Shown: positions 16,190 to 25,432 of the stretch, in pieces
Numbering within the stretch: position 1 is the first letter of the stretch
Layout: each line of letters starts with the position of its first letter
Virus record (IMG/VR): IMGVR_UViG_3300017780_002066
Span: 1-38,384 of that record
Direction: 5' to 3' (one strand)
Origin: a virus
Taxonomy: Duplodnaviria > Caudoviricetes
Length of the DNA: 38,384 bases
The notes under the pieces: model-generated
What the model saw: only the letters and a program-made list of their open reading frames with translations
Told to the model about the DNA's origin: nothing
Databases searched by the model: none
Position numbers and translations under genes: made by a program

Positions 16190-16663
16190 ATGAAACAGTT
16201 AATAATTATAGCTATTTTAGTTATGCTAGGCATGACTTCAACAGCACAGGCAAAGAGAGCAACAGGAGGTATTGAGGATGTAATGACGGTCGATACTATT
16301 TTAAATAACTTTATGTTACATTGGATAGGTAAGCCGTATAAGTTAGGAGGTTCCACTGAAAAAGGTATTGATTGCTCTCAATTTACAAAGCGGCTATACA
16401 AAGACGTTTATATAAAAGAACTAGCAAACGTTGCTTACAAACAATGGGAGCAAACAGAAAGAGTTAAAAAAGATAGTCTTCAGGTAGGTGATTTAATTTT
16501 CTTTAGAAGTAGAGTATCACCAAGCGGCTGGCATTGTGGAGCCTATATAGGTAATACGATGTTTATCCACGCAGCAAATCGCTACGAAGGAGTAAAGGTA
16601 AGTAGTTTAAATGAACCAAGGTATAAAGTATCTATTAGGGGTTACGGACGTTTAAAACAATAA
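16190..16663 (+). CDS. NlpC/P60 (C40) cysteine peptidase with signal peptide
   Basis: GKPYKLGG...GIDCSQF...GDLIFF...HCGAYIG...FIHA. Confidence 0.92.
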   Translation: MKQLIIIAILVMLGMTSTAQAKRATGGIEDVMTVDTILNNFMLHWIGKPYKLGGSTEKGIDCSQFTKRLYKDVYIKELANVAYKQWEQTERVKKDSLQVGDLIFFRSRVSPSGWHCGAYIGNTMFIHAANRYEGVKVSSLNEPRYKVSIRGYGRLKQ

Positions 16664-16667
16664 CAAT

Positions 16668-16823
16668 ATGATAATTGCAATAATCAGTATGGTAGTAGCA
16701 GTTGGTGTTATATCCTGGAGATGGGTAGTAGGCATCGACTATATGCAAAAGAATCATCCAGATTACAAAGGAGATGACCTATTCGGACCTTTTGACGAAG
16801 ATGATAAAGACCATATTCTCTAG
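16668..16823 (+). CDS. Small membrane protein (51 aa, not in ORF track)
   Basis: MIIAIISMVVAVGVISWRWVVGIDYMQKNHPDYKGDDLF... Confidence 0.7.
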   Translation: MIIAIISMVVAVGVISWRWVVGIDYMQKNHPDYKGDDLFGPFDEDDKDHIL

Positions 16824-16835
16824 GGAAACAAAAGG

Positions 16836-16867
16836 GTAGGTTTCTAACAGATAATTTCTTATCTTTA
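16836..16867 (+). promoter_or_regulatory. Variant of the conserved promoter
   Basis: GTAG-N18-CTTATCTTTA. Confidence 0.5.
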
Positions 16868-16882
16868 CTTAAATTAAAAGAT

Positions 16883-17023
16883 ATGATAGGATTAGCAATT
16901 GGTGGTTTAGTTTCGTTAATATGGATTGCTGTAGAAATATATACAGCCGATACCGTAGATAATAACGAGAAGATAATAAAGAAAGGTAGAAAATTAAAAG
17001 ACATTTTCAAACGTAAAAAATGA
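16883..17023 (+). CDS. Small membrane protein (46 aa, not in ORF track)
   Basis: MIGLAIGGLVSLIWIAVEIYTAD...; ATGA overlap with the next gene. Confidence 0.65.
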   Translation: MIGLAIGGLVSLIWIAVEIYTADTVDNNEKIIKKGRKLKDIFKRKK

Positions 17024-17271
17024 AAAATACAATAGTATTAATTATTGGAGTTATAATTTTATGCTTCTGGGCTATATCTACTAGAAATAAATCTATAGAG
17101 TATAAGCAACAGGTAGAAGCTCTAACTCAAACTAAAGATAGCTTAGTAGCAGAAAACTTTATCTTACAGACTCAGTTAGGAAGATACGAGTTGACATTAG
17201 ACCATCTACAAGGAGTAAACCCAAAAGCAGCTCTTCAGTTTGTAAATCATATGAATCATGAAACAGAGTAA
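17020..17271 (+). CDS. Membrane-anchored coiled-coil protein
   Basis: N-terminal TM segment followed by heptads. Confidence 0.7.
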   Translation: MKNTIVLIIGVIILCFWAISTRNKSIEYKQQVEALTQTKDSLVAENFILQTQLGRYELTLDHLQGVNPKAALQFVNHMNHETE

Positions 17272-17647
17272 GATGAAACCCATTCATAAGTTTAACGGGG
17301 GTAGAGGAGCTACTCTATGCCACAAATGTAATAAGATGATATCAGAAGGTATGGTAGACGAGTTATATTGTGAAGAGCATGGAGGTAAACCTACCTACAA
17401 GTATAAGCTTATTAGATCTAGCGATAATCTAATAGTTACAGGAGATAAAATACTATGGTTAGAGTGGAATGATAATGGGACATATAAAGAGAATCATAAT
17501 ACTCCGGTAGTAGGAGCTAGCTTAGTAGTAGATCCTCATTACGGAACCTATACTTGGTTAACTACTACAATGAAATCTTTTACAGAAGAAGATGGAGTTA
17601 TAAACTTTGAAACTAAAAATAGTAAATATCAACTTATTAAATATTAA
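17258..17647 (+). CDS. Hypothetical protein (N-terminal CxxC)
   Basis: HKFNGGRGATLCHKC. Confidence 0.7.
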   Translation: MKQSKMKPIHKFNGGRGATLCHKCNKMISEGMVDELYCEEHGGKPTYKYKLIRSSDNLIVTGDKILWLEWNDNGTYKENHNTPVVGASLVVDPHYGTYTWLTTTMKSFTEEDGVINFETKNSKYQLIKY

Positions 17648-17648
17648 A

Positions 17649-17903
17649 ATGTCAACACAATTAGAACTAGATTTTGGACCTGAATTTACTTCAGAACCAC
17701 TACCACAGCTCAACTCAGGACATTACTTAGAGTTAATGGATAGGCTTTATATTATGATGAATAATTTAAACGATCATGCTGTAATGCATCCACTTTCAGA
17801 TAACTATACAGAGATCAAAAGCCTGTTACTACTGGCTATGGATAAGATGTGGGAAGCTTATCAGCTTATCGGCAATATAGAGTATACAAATATAAACAAA
17901 TAA
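17649..17903 (+). CDS. Hypothetical protein
   Basis: Start reassigned to ATG 17649 (MSTQLELDF), just after the previous stop. Confidence 0.65.
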   Translation: MSTQLELDFGPEFTSEPLPQLNSGHYLELMDRLYIMMNNLNDHAVMHPLSDNYTEIKSLLLLAMDKMWEAYQLIGNIEYTNINK

Positions 17904-17909
17904 AGTAAT

Positions 17910-18227
17910 ATGAAGAAGTTATTAGTAATTCTAAGTTTTTTTTTCGTAAGCAATGTTGTAGCTCAAACTCAAAGCTTAAAAAATAGAGTTGAAGAGATAG
18001 TAGTAGGGCATGATAAGTACAAAATCGCAATAAAATATAGCCCTTCCGGAACCCGTATCTATATTCCTATGAGGAAAGTATTCAATGGCAAAGTATTACG
18101 CGAATGGATATACAGTGACTTTGTCTTTACTACCCGATATAGAGCATTAGAAGTAATTAAGGAATGGAAAGAAGAGGAGGAGATGGATAGAAAGTTAAAG
18201 CGAGTGGAATACATCTACATCAAATAG
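17910..18227 (+). CDS. Hypothetical secreted protein
   Basis: Signal-peptide-like N-terminus. Confidence 0.7.
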   Translation: MKKLLVILSFFFVSNVVAQTQSLKNRVEEIVVGHDKYKIAIKYSPSGTRIYIPMRKVFNGKVLREWIYSDFVFTTRYRALEVIKEWKEEEEMDRKLKRVEYIYIK

Positions 18228-18276
18228 TTTGTAGAGAAGCTAAGATTCCTTATATTTATAGATATAATCTTAGTTT

Positions 18277-18879
18277 ATGTTAAATAATCCAAACGTTCAG
18301 GCATTTATCAACCATGTTAAAGCAGAGTGTAAGAAGCATAAAATAAAACTACAATTAAGGCCGGTCAAGTTCCTACTACTAACAGGTAATATAAAATGCG
18401 GAGGCTATTTCGATTCAGAAGAGAGAAGGTTAGTTGTAGCAACGAATAACGAAGATGCTTGGTTAAGTTTACTAGTTCACGAATATGGACACTTAACACA
18501 ATGGGCAGAAGGATGTAAAGAATGGGAAGAAGGATGTGAAGGAATCGGTCATCTAGAAGATTGGTTAGCCGGTAAGAGAAAGAAGAATATTAAACAGCAT
18601 ATAGATAAGAGTAGAGACCTTGAATTAGACAATGAGAAACGCTCAGTTAAACTAATAAAGCAATGGAAGCTACCTATCGATATTAAAGATTATATTAAGA
18701 GAGCAAATGCATATGTTCAGTTTTATAACTGGATGTATTATTCCAGGAAGTGGAGTAAGCCAGGAAACTCTCCTTATAGAAATCAAGCAATTTATGATGC
18801 TATGCCAGATACGTTTAGAATGAACTATAAGCAAATGGCTAAGAAGTATCAAAAATTATTTGAAGAGCAGAATATTTAA
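18277..18879 (+). CDS. HEXXH zinc metallopeptidase-like protein
   Basis: LLVHEYGHLTQ...LELDNE. Confidence 0.65.
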   Translation: MLNNPNVQAFINHVKAECKKHKIKLQLRPVKFLLLTGNIKCGGYFDSEERRLVVATNNEDAWLSLLVHEYGHLTQWAEGCKEWEEGCEGIGHLEDWLAGKRKKNIKQHIDKSRDLELDNEKRSVKLIKQWKLPIDIKDYIKRANAYVQFYNWMYYSRKWSKPGNSPYRNQAIYDAMPDTFRMNYKQMAKKYQKLFEEQNI

Positions 18880-18896
18880 ACAAACCAATAAAAGTT

Positions 18897-19085
18897 ATGA
18901 AAAAAAGTTATTATGTAGCCTCAACCAGAATCTCTCCTAAGATCGCAGATATAGTAGAGTACGGTCATCATATTGTAGTAGAAGATATTACATATGAAAG
19001 ATTAAAATCGGCCCCTAGAGGAAGGTCAATTAAGAAACGTTTACAAAATCCATCGACAGAAGAACAAATTGTAATCTTTAACTAA
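18897..19085 (+). CDS. Hypothetical protein
   Basis: AAGTTATG start. Confidence 0.65.
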   Translation: MKKSYYVASTRISPKIADIVEYGHHIVVEDITYERLKSAPRGRSIKKRLQNPSTEEQIVIFN

Positions 19086-19086
19086 T

Positions 19087-19320
19087 ATGAATAAGATCTT
19101 TGAGATAGTAGAAGCCTGGTCAACAGCAATGAATCCTTCGCCTATTCGAAAAAGGTTAGCAGAGATTAGATATAAGATTTGTGATACTTGTGAAGATAGA
19201 GGAGTAAATGCCTTTGGTATGGAAGTATGTAATGCATGCGGATGTGCATTGAAAGGTAAAGTATTCACTTCAGCAAGACCTGAACAAAAGAACTGTCCAA
19301 AAGGAAAATGGCCAGCTTAA
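19087..19320 (+). CDS. Small Cys-rich (DUF6171-like) protein, paralog of 8264..8551
   Basis: RYKICDTC...CNACGCALKGKVFT...CPKGKW. Confidence 0.75.
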   Translation: MNKIFEIVEAWSTAMNPSPIRKRLAEIRYKICDTCEDRGVNAFGMEVCNACGCALKGKVFTSARPEQKNCPKGKWPA

Positions 19321-19329
19321 CTTAAAACT

Positions 19330-19515
19330 ATGGAACAATATTTAGTACTATACTACCTTTGTTTAGGAATGACATGGGGCGCTTGGTTAGAGTGGTTTAC
19401 AACTTCTAGAATGATTGGACCTCCATGGACTTTTTCAGACAGGTTTAGAAATGTAATATTTTGGCCTATAATAGTCTCGGTGTTTCTCTACTACTTTTTT
19501 AACAATGAGGACTAA
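19330..19515 (+). CDS. Small membrane protein
   Basis: Two hydrophobic segments, FWP motif. Confidence 0.7.
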   Translation: MEQYLVLYYLCLGMTWGAWLEWFTTSRMIGPPWTFSDRFRNVIFWPIIVSVFLYYFFNNED

Positions 19516-19533
19516 TACTTCCGGAAATATAGA

Positions 19534-19565
19534 GTTGCTTTAGAACTTTATAATTCGTATCTTTA
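19534..19565 (+). promoter_or_regulatory. Conserved phage promoter
   Basis: TTCCGGAAA upstream; GTTG-N18-CGTATCTTTA. Confidence 0.8.
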
Positions 19566-19590
19566 AGGTATAGATAAAAATATAATAGTT

Positions 19591-20010
19591 ATGATCAAAC
19601 AAACTTACGTTAATCGCTACCGCGATCAGATTGTCTTCGAACAGAACGAAGATACTATTTTAATGTCTGGGTACAATCCAGATTACTGCCGTTACGGCTA
19701 CCCGAATATCTATACAGAAGCTTACGAAGCTTATTGTTATGTTGTCTTTGAACAACCAGACGGAGTTCCAATGTCTTTAGATAAGTTTAAGGATGTAGTA
19801 CATGAATGGAGAGATGGTAAGAATATGATTATGAAATTATTTGGTCCGTTAGTTGTGTCCGATATGGATACAATCGATATGTTTGACCCTTCAGGCGGAC
19901 CTTATATGAGTATTGGAACAGATATGAGTCATTTCGGCGGTGGCTTAGAAGGAGTTGTTACCCATATTAAAATGTCAGAAAAATCAGTATTACTAACAGT
20001 TAAAAAATAA
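19591..20010 (+). CDS. Hypothetical phage protein
   Basis: NRY...DPSGGPY motifs. Confidence 0.75.
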   Translation: MIKQTYVNRYRDQIVFEQNEDTILMSGYNPDYCRYGYPNIYTEAYEAYCYVVFEQPDGVPMSLDKFKDVVHEWRDGKNMIMKLFGPLVVSDMDTIDMFDPSGGPYMSIGTDMSHFGGGLEGVVTHIKMSEKSVLLTVKK

Positions 20011-20015
20011 AGGTT

Positions 20016-20228
20016 ATGAATAACGAGAAAAAAACAGCTGCATTTATGAAAGTCTATAAGACTATTCAATCAGTGAATAATATACTTCAATTTGAAGCCT
20101 GTAAGAAAATGATAGAAATTTATACTAAATTTGAAGTAGGATTAGGTACAGATCCTAATATAGCACTAGAGAAACAAGCGATTTTAAGGGAATTCTACGA
20201 TAAAAAGCAAGCTGAATTCGCTGCATAA
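20016..20228 (+). CDS. Hypothetical protein
   Basis: AAGGTTATG start. Confidence 0.7.
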   Translation: MNNEKKTAAFMKVYKTIQSVNNILQFEACKKMIEIYTKFEVGLGTDPNIALEKQAILREFYDKKQAEFAA

Positions 20229-20244
20229 CTCATTGATTCTCAAT
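20226..20244 (+). repeat. 19-bp repeat TAACTCATTGATTCTCAAT (IHF-consensus-like)
   Basis: Other copies at 23172, 23197 and (degenerate) 34714. Confidence 0.7.
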
Positions 20245-20270
20245 AAAAGTAAAAAATACTTTGTGAATTA

Positions 20271-20306
20271 GTTGGAATTCTGGATAAATGTCCGTATCTT
20301 AAGGTA
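20271..20306 (+). promoter_or_regulatory. Conserved phage promoter
   Basis: GTTG-N18-CGTATCTTAAGGTA. Confidence 0.85.
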
Positions 20307-20358
20307 TGTTAGAGAGAGATACTTTAACGATACTTAAACAATAAAAAAAACAAAGGTT

Positions 20359-20742
20359 ATGAAAAACATCATCAATGCAATCGGAATTAACACAGTGGAT
20401 TTTATCCAAGGTAGAAAAGGTACTTATCAAGCAATTGTTAAGGTACAGGCAGGCTTTATGACAGCTTACGAAGTAGGAACTGAATTACCTTCATTAGACC
20501 GTTGGAAAAAAGGAGCTCTTCAGACATTACAATTTAAAGCAGACGGTGCTTCTACTTGGTTAACAGTTTTTGCTCGTAAAGGTAATAAGATTATGTTAGT
20601 AGATCAGCAAGTACTTGAAACTTTAGAAGTAGGTACAATTAACCAATTATTTTTTACTACTAATTTATATAGCCAGTTACAATATGCTGCTGTTAAAGCA
20701 AAGACTTGGGCAGATAAGGCTTTTGTAATGAATGTAGCTTAA
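20359..20742 (+). CDS. Hypothetical protein
   Basis: First ORF after the promoter, AAGGTTATG start. Confidence 0.8.
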   Translation: MKNIINAIGINTVDFIQGRKGTYQAIVKVQAGFMTAYEVGTELPSLDRWKKGALQTLQFKADGASTWLTVFARKGNKIMLVDQQVLETLEVGTINQLFFTTNLYSQLQYAAVKAKTWADKAFVMNVA

Positions 20743-20764
20743 TTAAAAACTTAAAATTTATATT

Positions 20765-20947
20765 ATGAAACGTGATCGAATCATTTATTTAACTTCCTCT
20801 TTAATTTCTTTTTTTGTAGCTGGATTAATAGTTACTGGAAATATAGGCTTAGAAATGCAACCACTTAACGAAGCAGCTTGCTTCTCGGTAGTTGGTATGA
20901 TGGGATTTTTATTCTTATTTGCCTCAGTAACTAAAGATAAAAAATAA
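20765..20947 (+). CDS. Small two-TM membrane protein
   Basis: Hydrophobic segments. Confidence 0.7.
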   Translation: MKRDRIIYLTSSLISFFVAGLIVTGNIGLEMQPLNEAACFSVVGMMGFLFLFASVTKDKK

Positions 20948-20952
20948 CTAAT

Positions 20953-21132
20953 ATGACAAATCTTCTTTCAGTACTTGTAGTAATTAGCTTAGTAATAGCT
21001 GTAATGGCTATAGAGTTAGTTCTTATACATTGGGCCGTAGGTTTATTCTACCCAATCACTTGGACTCAGGCATTTGGTCTATCGTTACTTATATCAATAC
21101 TAGGAGCTGCTTTCCGGAGTAGGAATAAATAG
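20953..21132 (+). CDS. Small membrane protein (59 aa, not in ORF track)
   Basis: MTNLLSVLVVISLVIAV...PITWTQAFGL...RNK. Confidence 0.7.
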   Translation: MTNLLSVLVVISLVIAVMAIELVLIHWAVGLFYPITWTQAFGLSLLISILGAAFRSRNK

Positions 21133-21157
21133 AGCAATAGAGCTGCTATTTATATAG

Positions 21158-21841
21158 ATGAAAGTAGAAGCATTATTCATCTCAGATGTACACTTAGGGT
21201 CTAAAGGATCTAACGCAACAAAAGCTCTAGAAGTTTTAAAACAGTACGAACCAAAGTACTTGTTTCTCGTCGGAGATATCATCGATGGCTGGCTACTAAA
21301 ACGAAAGTTTAGATGGCCACAATCCCATACTAACTTTATTAGAAAGATAATGTCTTATACTAAGAATGGGACTAAGGTTATCTACATACCAGGTAATCAT
21401 GATGAGTTTATGAGAAGCTACCTGGACTTACAGTTTGATAATATAGAAATACATAACGAGTATATCTGGAACAATACTTACATAACTCATGGGGATTTAT
21501 ACGATGGGGTTGTTAAGTTAAAATGGCTTGGCATTCTAGGAAGTATAGGATACGATTTAGCTATATCTGTAGATAGGACGTTAAAGTCTTGGGGGTATAA
21601 AAGAAGCTTATCTAAGTACCTAAAAGGTAAAGTAAAGGAAGCTGTTAAGTTTATGACTTCTTTTGAAGAAGAGATAGTCAGACAAGGTCTTAAACACAAC
21701 TGTAATACAGTAATGTGCGGACATATTCACCATCCAGATGATAAAATTATAAATGGCAGCAGGTACCTAAACTGTGGCGATTGGATAGAAAACAACTCAT
21801 ATATTATATACGATGGAGAATACAAAGTCATTAAAGGATAG
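21158..21841 (+). CDS. LpxH-like (UDP-2,3-diacylglucosamine hydrolase family) metallophosphoesterase
   Basis: ISDVHLG, GDIIDGW, GNHD, HGDLYD, CGHIH, NCGDWIE. Confidence 0.85.
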   Translation: MKVEALFISDVHLGSKGSNATKALEVLKQYEPKYLFLVGDIIDGWLLKRKFRWPQSHTNFIRKIMSYTKNGTKVIYIPGNHDEFMRSYLDLQFDNIEIHNEYIWNNTYITHGDLYDGVVKLKWLGILGSIGYDLAISVDRTLKSWGYKRSLSKYLKGKVKEAVKFMTSFEEEIVRQGLKHNCNTVMCGHIHHPDDKIINGSRYLNCGDWIENNSYIIYDGEYKVIKG

Positions 21842-22535
21842 GTTAACAATAGTTATTCCTTCCAAAAATGAAGGTAAGACTTTATACGAATGCGTAGACT
21901 ATCTTTCAAAACAAAAAGGCATACTAGAAGCTAGAGTTATTATTGCTGATGTCTCCGATGAAAAAGAATCCTTAGAGTGGATTAAAAAGATAAAATCAAA
22001 CTTCAAATCTATTCCATTAGAAATAGAAGTAATTGAAGGAGGTTACCCATCTCAAGGAAGACTTGCCGGAAGCATCTTAGTTAAGACTCCTTATATGTTA
22101 TTTCTAGACGCAGATATATTTCTGACAAATAGGAATACATTAGTTCAATGTATGAGATATAAAAAAGGGTTAGTTACGGTCCCATTTTTTACAGACGTTC
22201 CTTATAAGTGGGTATTTAGATTATTTGATCTACTACAGCTTATATCTGTAAAACTTAAAGCACCATTTGCAATAGGGGGATTCCAGTTATGGAGAACAGA
22301 AACATACTGGAGGGTAGGAGGTTATAATCCGGAAGAGTTATTCGCAGAAGACTATTCAATATCTCAAAAGATAGAACCAGAAGAGTTTAGAGTGCATAAG
22401 ATAACCGGAACGTATACATCCCCTCGTAGGTTTAAGTCAAAAGGAATTTTATGGATGTTTTATATAATGATTAAAAGCTATATTAATAGAAAGAATCCTG
22501 AGTTTTTCAAAGAATCTCACGGATACTGGAACTAG
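21813..22535 (+). CDS. Glycosyltransferase family 2
   Basis: IVIPSKNE, FLDAD, GGY...AED, SPRRF. Confidence 0.88.
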   Translation: MENTKSLKDRLTIVIPSKNEGKTLYECVDYLSKQKGILEARVIIADVSDEKESLEWIKKIKSNFKSIPLEIEVIEGGYPSQGRLAGSILVKTPYMLFLDADIFLTNRNTLVQCMRYKKGLVTVPFFTDVPYKWVFRLFDLLQLISVKLKAPFAIGGFQLWRTETYWRVGGYNPEELFAEDYSISQKIEPEEFRVHKITGTYTSPRRFKSKGILWMFYIMIKSYINRKNPEFFKESHGYWN

Positions 22536-22543
22536 ATAAGAGA

Positions 22544-23167
22544 ATGATAAAGGTAGTAGAAAAAAATATAATTAAAGCTTCTTTACAAGAAGATGACAAA
22601 GCTAACTATCAAGAATACTTTAAAGAAGTATTACCGTTAGTAGACGGACTAGAGGGTAGTTTAGTTGAATGTGGCTTTGGTAAAGGTAAGACAGCTAACA
22701 TATTTGCTGACTTTATGCTGGATGGAATAATTCAGAAACGAAACATTTACCTATATGATTCATTTGAAGGCTTTCCAGCACCTAGTAGAGAGGATGAATC
22801 TAAACGTAATCCTAGGAAAGGAGAATGGGCAATACCTATTGAAGAAGCTAATAAAGTAAAAGAAAAAGCTAATGTACCGGTGGGGGTTGTAAAAGGTTAC
22901 TTTCAAGATACTACAAAAGATTATAACGGGGGACCTATTGCGGTTTTACATATTGATTGCGATTTATACCAATCTTATAAGACGGTACTAGAGACCCTAT
23001 ATGGTAAAGTAGTAACCGGGGGCCTAATAATGTTTGACGAATACGGAGAAGGTGAGAAATGGCCTGGAGGAGTTCAAGCTGTTAATGAATTCTTTGAAGA
23101 TAAGAACGTAGAGTTTTTTAGATACCAATTTCCGGAGTTTGGTAAATTCTGTATGATAAAACCATAG
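22544..23167 (+). CDS. TylF/MycF/NovP-family O-methyltransferase
   Basis: VECG, YDSFEGFP, KGYFQDT, LHIDCDLYQS, GGLIMFDEY, WPG. Confidence 0.9.
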   Translation: MIKVVEKNIIKASLQEDDKANYQEYFKEVLPLVDGLEGSLVECGFGKGKTANIFADFMLDGIIQKRNIYLYDSFEGFPAPSREDESKRNPRKGEWAIPIEEANKVKEKANVPVGVVKGYFQDTTKDYNGGPIAVLHIDCDLYQSYKTVLETLYGKVVTGGLIMFDEYGEGEKWPGGVQAVNEFFEDKNVEFFRYQFPEFGKFCMIKP

Positions 23168-23171
23168 TTCC

Positions 23172-23215
23172 TAACTCATTGATTCTTAATACGATATAAC
23201 TCATTGATTCTCAAT
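23172..23215 (+). repeat. Two tandem copies of the 19-bp IHF-like repeat
   Basis: TAACTCATTGATTCTTAAT (23172) and TAACTCATTGATTCTCAAT (23197). Confidence 0.75.
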
Positions 23216-23224
23216 CAAAAATCT

Positions 23225-23392
23225 GTTAGTTTTCCGTGACTTTTTACGTATAATAGTTGGAATCCTGCATAGATGTCCGTATCTTAAGGTATGGATAAAG
23301 AGATAGATACTAAGGTGATTACGGAGATAAATAATCCGGAAATAAACACTAAAAAAGTTGCTCGTCTGCGTATTAGTTCGTATCTTAAGGTA
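23225..23392 (+). promoter_or_regulatory. Three tandem promoters (23225 variant, 23256, 23357)
   Basis: GTTA/GTTG/GTTG-N18-CGTAT boxes with no convincing gene between them. Confidence 0.75.
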
Positions 23393-23421
23393 TATTAGAA
23401 AAACATATAAAAACAAAGGTT

Positions 23422-24219
23422 ATGAAAAAGTTAGAAATCATCAATTCAGCAATTGCTTCTTTAGAAGCAGAGTTAGTAACAGTAGAAAATGCAATCTCAG
23501 CATTGAATGAGGAGTACAGAACTCAGATAGTGGAAATGTGGAAATCTAAGCTAGCAGGTTTGCTAGACGAAGGAGATTTGCTTGTAAATGACTATAGTAC
23601 TGGAGTTAGAGTTAATCGTATTCAAGTTAGAACTAAGAGAGACGGAGAGCAGTATAATTACGCTCAAGAAATCTTATCTATCTCTAGAAGTGAATATGGT
23701 GACGAAATGACAGGCTTTAACATGAATACTTATTCAACTACTGTCGATAATAACTTCGAATTTGATCGTCTTATTACAGTAGGAAAAGTAGCTGCTTTCA
23801 TCAAAGAAAATAGAGAGTCTTTAAGAACTGAGTTTCCAAAGAATACTGTATATGATTCAGAAGTTAATCAAGAGAGATATAGAATCCAGAACGAAATTCG
23901 TACTCTACAGAATGAGAAATGGAGTACAGAAAGAAATTTAGCTTTAGATAAGTTAGAAGACGGAGGAGTAGAATTTACTGCCGAAAGAGATTACGACTTG
24001 CCAAGCTTAGAAGTTCGCTTTAACTGGACTATCTCTAGAATCTCTAAAATTAAGATTACTAAGAAGACAGCTTCTGGTAAGTCAGCAGACTTAGAAATTA
24101 CTACTCGTTATAAGAACTACGAAGGAGAGGTTACTGAGAATGTTACTACAGTAGATAAGGTTAGAATGGATAAGATTCAAGATGCCGTTCTTTACAGTAA
24201 AGATAAGATAGTTGCTTAA
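23422..24219 (+). CDS. Hypothetical coiled-coil protein
   Basis: AAGGTTATG start, heptad-rich. Confidence 0.8.
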   Translation: MKKLEIINSAIASLEAELVTVENAISALNEEYRTQIVEMWKSKLAGLLDEGDLLVNDYSTGVRVNRIQVRTKRDGEQYNYAQEILSISRSEYGDEMTGFNMNTYSTTVDNNFEFDRLITVGKVAAFIKENRESLRTEFPKNTVYDSEVNQERYRIQNEIRTLQNEKWSTERNLALDKLEDGGVEFTAERDYDLPSLEVRFNWTISRISKIKITKKTASGKSADLEITTRYKNYEGEVTENVTTVDKVRMDKIQDAVLYSKDKIVA

Positions 24220-24246
24220 TTAAATTAAAAAATAAAAATAAAGGTT

Positions 24247-24465
24247 ATGAACAGTTACGTTAAATTTAAAATCGAAAAAGAAGTAAAATGGGATGCTCAT
24301 ACTACGAGTATGGTAACCAAATACTTCGTATGGGCCGGAAGTCAGTGTCTTGCATTAAAGAATACTGAAGAAGAAGCCTTAGAAGCTTATGAAGCTATTA
24401 AAGCTAGTTTTAAAACAGGTGGTACTACCATCATTAAAGAAGAGGAGGTAAACTATGAGTCATAG
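24247..24465 (+). CDS. Hypothetical protein
   Basis: AAGGTTATG start. Confidence 0.75.
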   Translation: MNSYVKFKIEKEVKWDAHTTSMVTKYFVWAGSQCLALKNTEEEALEAYEAIKASFKTGGTTIIKEEEVNYES

Positions 24466-24577
24466 TGCTAACCAAGTATTCTTAGAACATTATTACGAAG
24501 TCGGCCTGGCAATGGGCCTATCAGAAGAAGAGGCAATTGAATATGCAAAAGAAAAATTCGATGAATGTAGTTTCTAA
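24455..24577 (+). CDS. Small hypothetical protein (40 aa, not in ORF track)
   Basis: MSHSANQVFLEHYYEVGLAMGLSEEEAIEYAKEKFDECSF. Confidence 0.6.
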   Translation: MSHSANQVFLEHYYEVGLAMGLSEEEAIEYAKEKFDECSF

Positions 24578-24827
24578 TCCTAGAAAGTTCCAACATGAGT
24601 ATAAAGACTCAGATGGATCGGTATCAATCTGGAAGTACGACTTAGATAAGTTTTCAAGAGGTCCTGTAGAGGTGGAGATTGTCTACCCTAAGGATTTCTT
24701 GACTCCAGATCAACAGCTAAAGAAAGCTAATAAGAAGCTTCCTAAATCACAGCAGCAGTTCTTAAACCCTGCTAACGGCCGAATGGTCGGTTACTATAGA
24801 GCAAAGACTCTAGGACTTGTAAAATAA
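24561..24827 (+). CDS. Hypothetical protein
   Basis: Start probably ATG 24561 (MNVVSNPRKF). Confidence 0.65.
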   Translation: MNVVSNPRKFQHEYKDSDGSVSIWKYDLDKFSRGPVEVEIVYPKDFLTPDQQLKKANKKLPKSQQQFLNPANGRMVGYYRAKTLGLVK

Positions 24828-24832
24828 ATTAT

Positions 24833-25432
24833 ATGAAGTATTTTTTTAAGAGTTTATATTGGTTAAGAATTCTTAATAGTCCATTCAAACCTTTTAGTGT
24901 TGGCTTCTATGCCGGTAAGACGCGAATAGGTACTCCTTATTTCTTTCCTAGAAGGACAGTTAAAGCTACTCCTAAACTAGCAGCCGAAGCAGCTGCAAAA
25001 GAGATTAGAGAGGCCGAAAGATGGAACGAACAAAATACTGATTATCTCCGGACTATAAGATCATTTGAAGATATCTATAAAGAGAAGATGAGATATAGTT
25101 TCTTTGTTCCAATGAAAGTAGGATTCAGTTATTGCGGATTAGGTTATAAGACGAAATGGACTAATACCGATTACAGACATGAATGGAACCCGGTATTCTC
25201 ATTTGTATTCTTCGGCTACCAATTAGCAATAACTATTTATAGCAAAGAAATGTCTCACTACTGGGAGCCTTGGCTGTATTACTATTACAGTACAGATAAG
25301 ACTAAAACAAGACGAGAGCGAATAGAAGAATGTAGAAAGGAGTTTCCACAGACTTGGACTTCACATAAGCATGGGGAAGAACCTGTAACGACAGATTACT
25401 ATACTAAGATAATTAAACCAAAGTATCTATGA
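24833..25432 (+). CDS. Hypothetical phage protein
   Basis: Aromatic-rich ORF. Confidence 0.8.
   Translation: MKYFFKSLYWLRILNSPFKPFSVGFYAGKTRIGTPYFFPRRTVKATPKLAAEAAAKEIREAERWNEQNTDYLRTIRSFEDIYKEKMRYSFFVPMKVGFSYCGLGYKTKWTNTDYRHEWNPVFSFVFFGYQLAITIYSKEMSHYWEPWLYYYYSTDKTKTRRERIEECRKEFPQTWTSHKHGEEPVTTDYYTKIIKPKYL

Noticed and set aside
24443-24457. GGAGGT Shine-Dalgarno before ORF 24455
   Set aside because: It is a single instance within EEEV codons of the upstream gene, not evidence of SD usage
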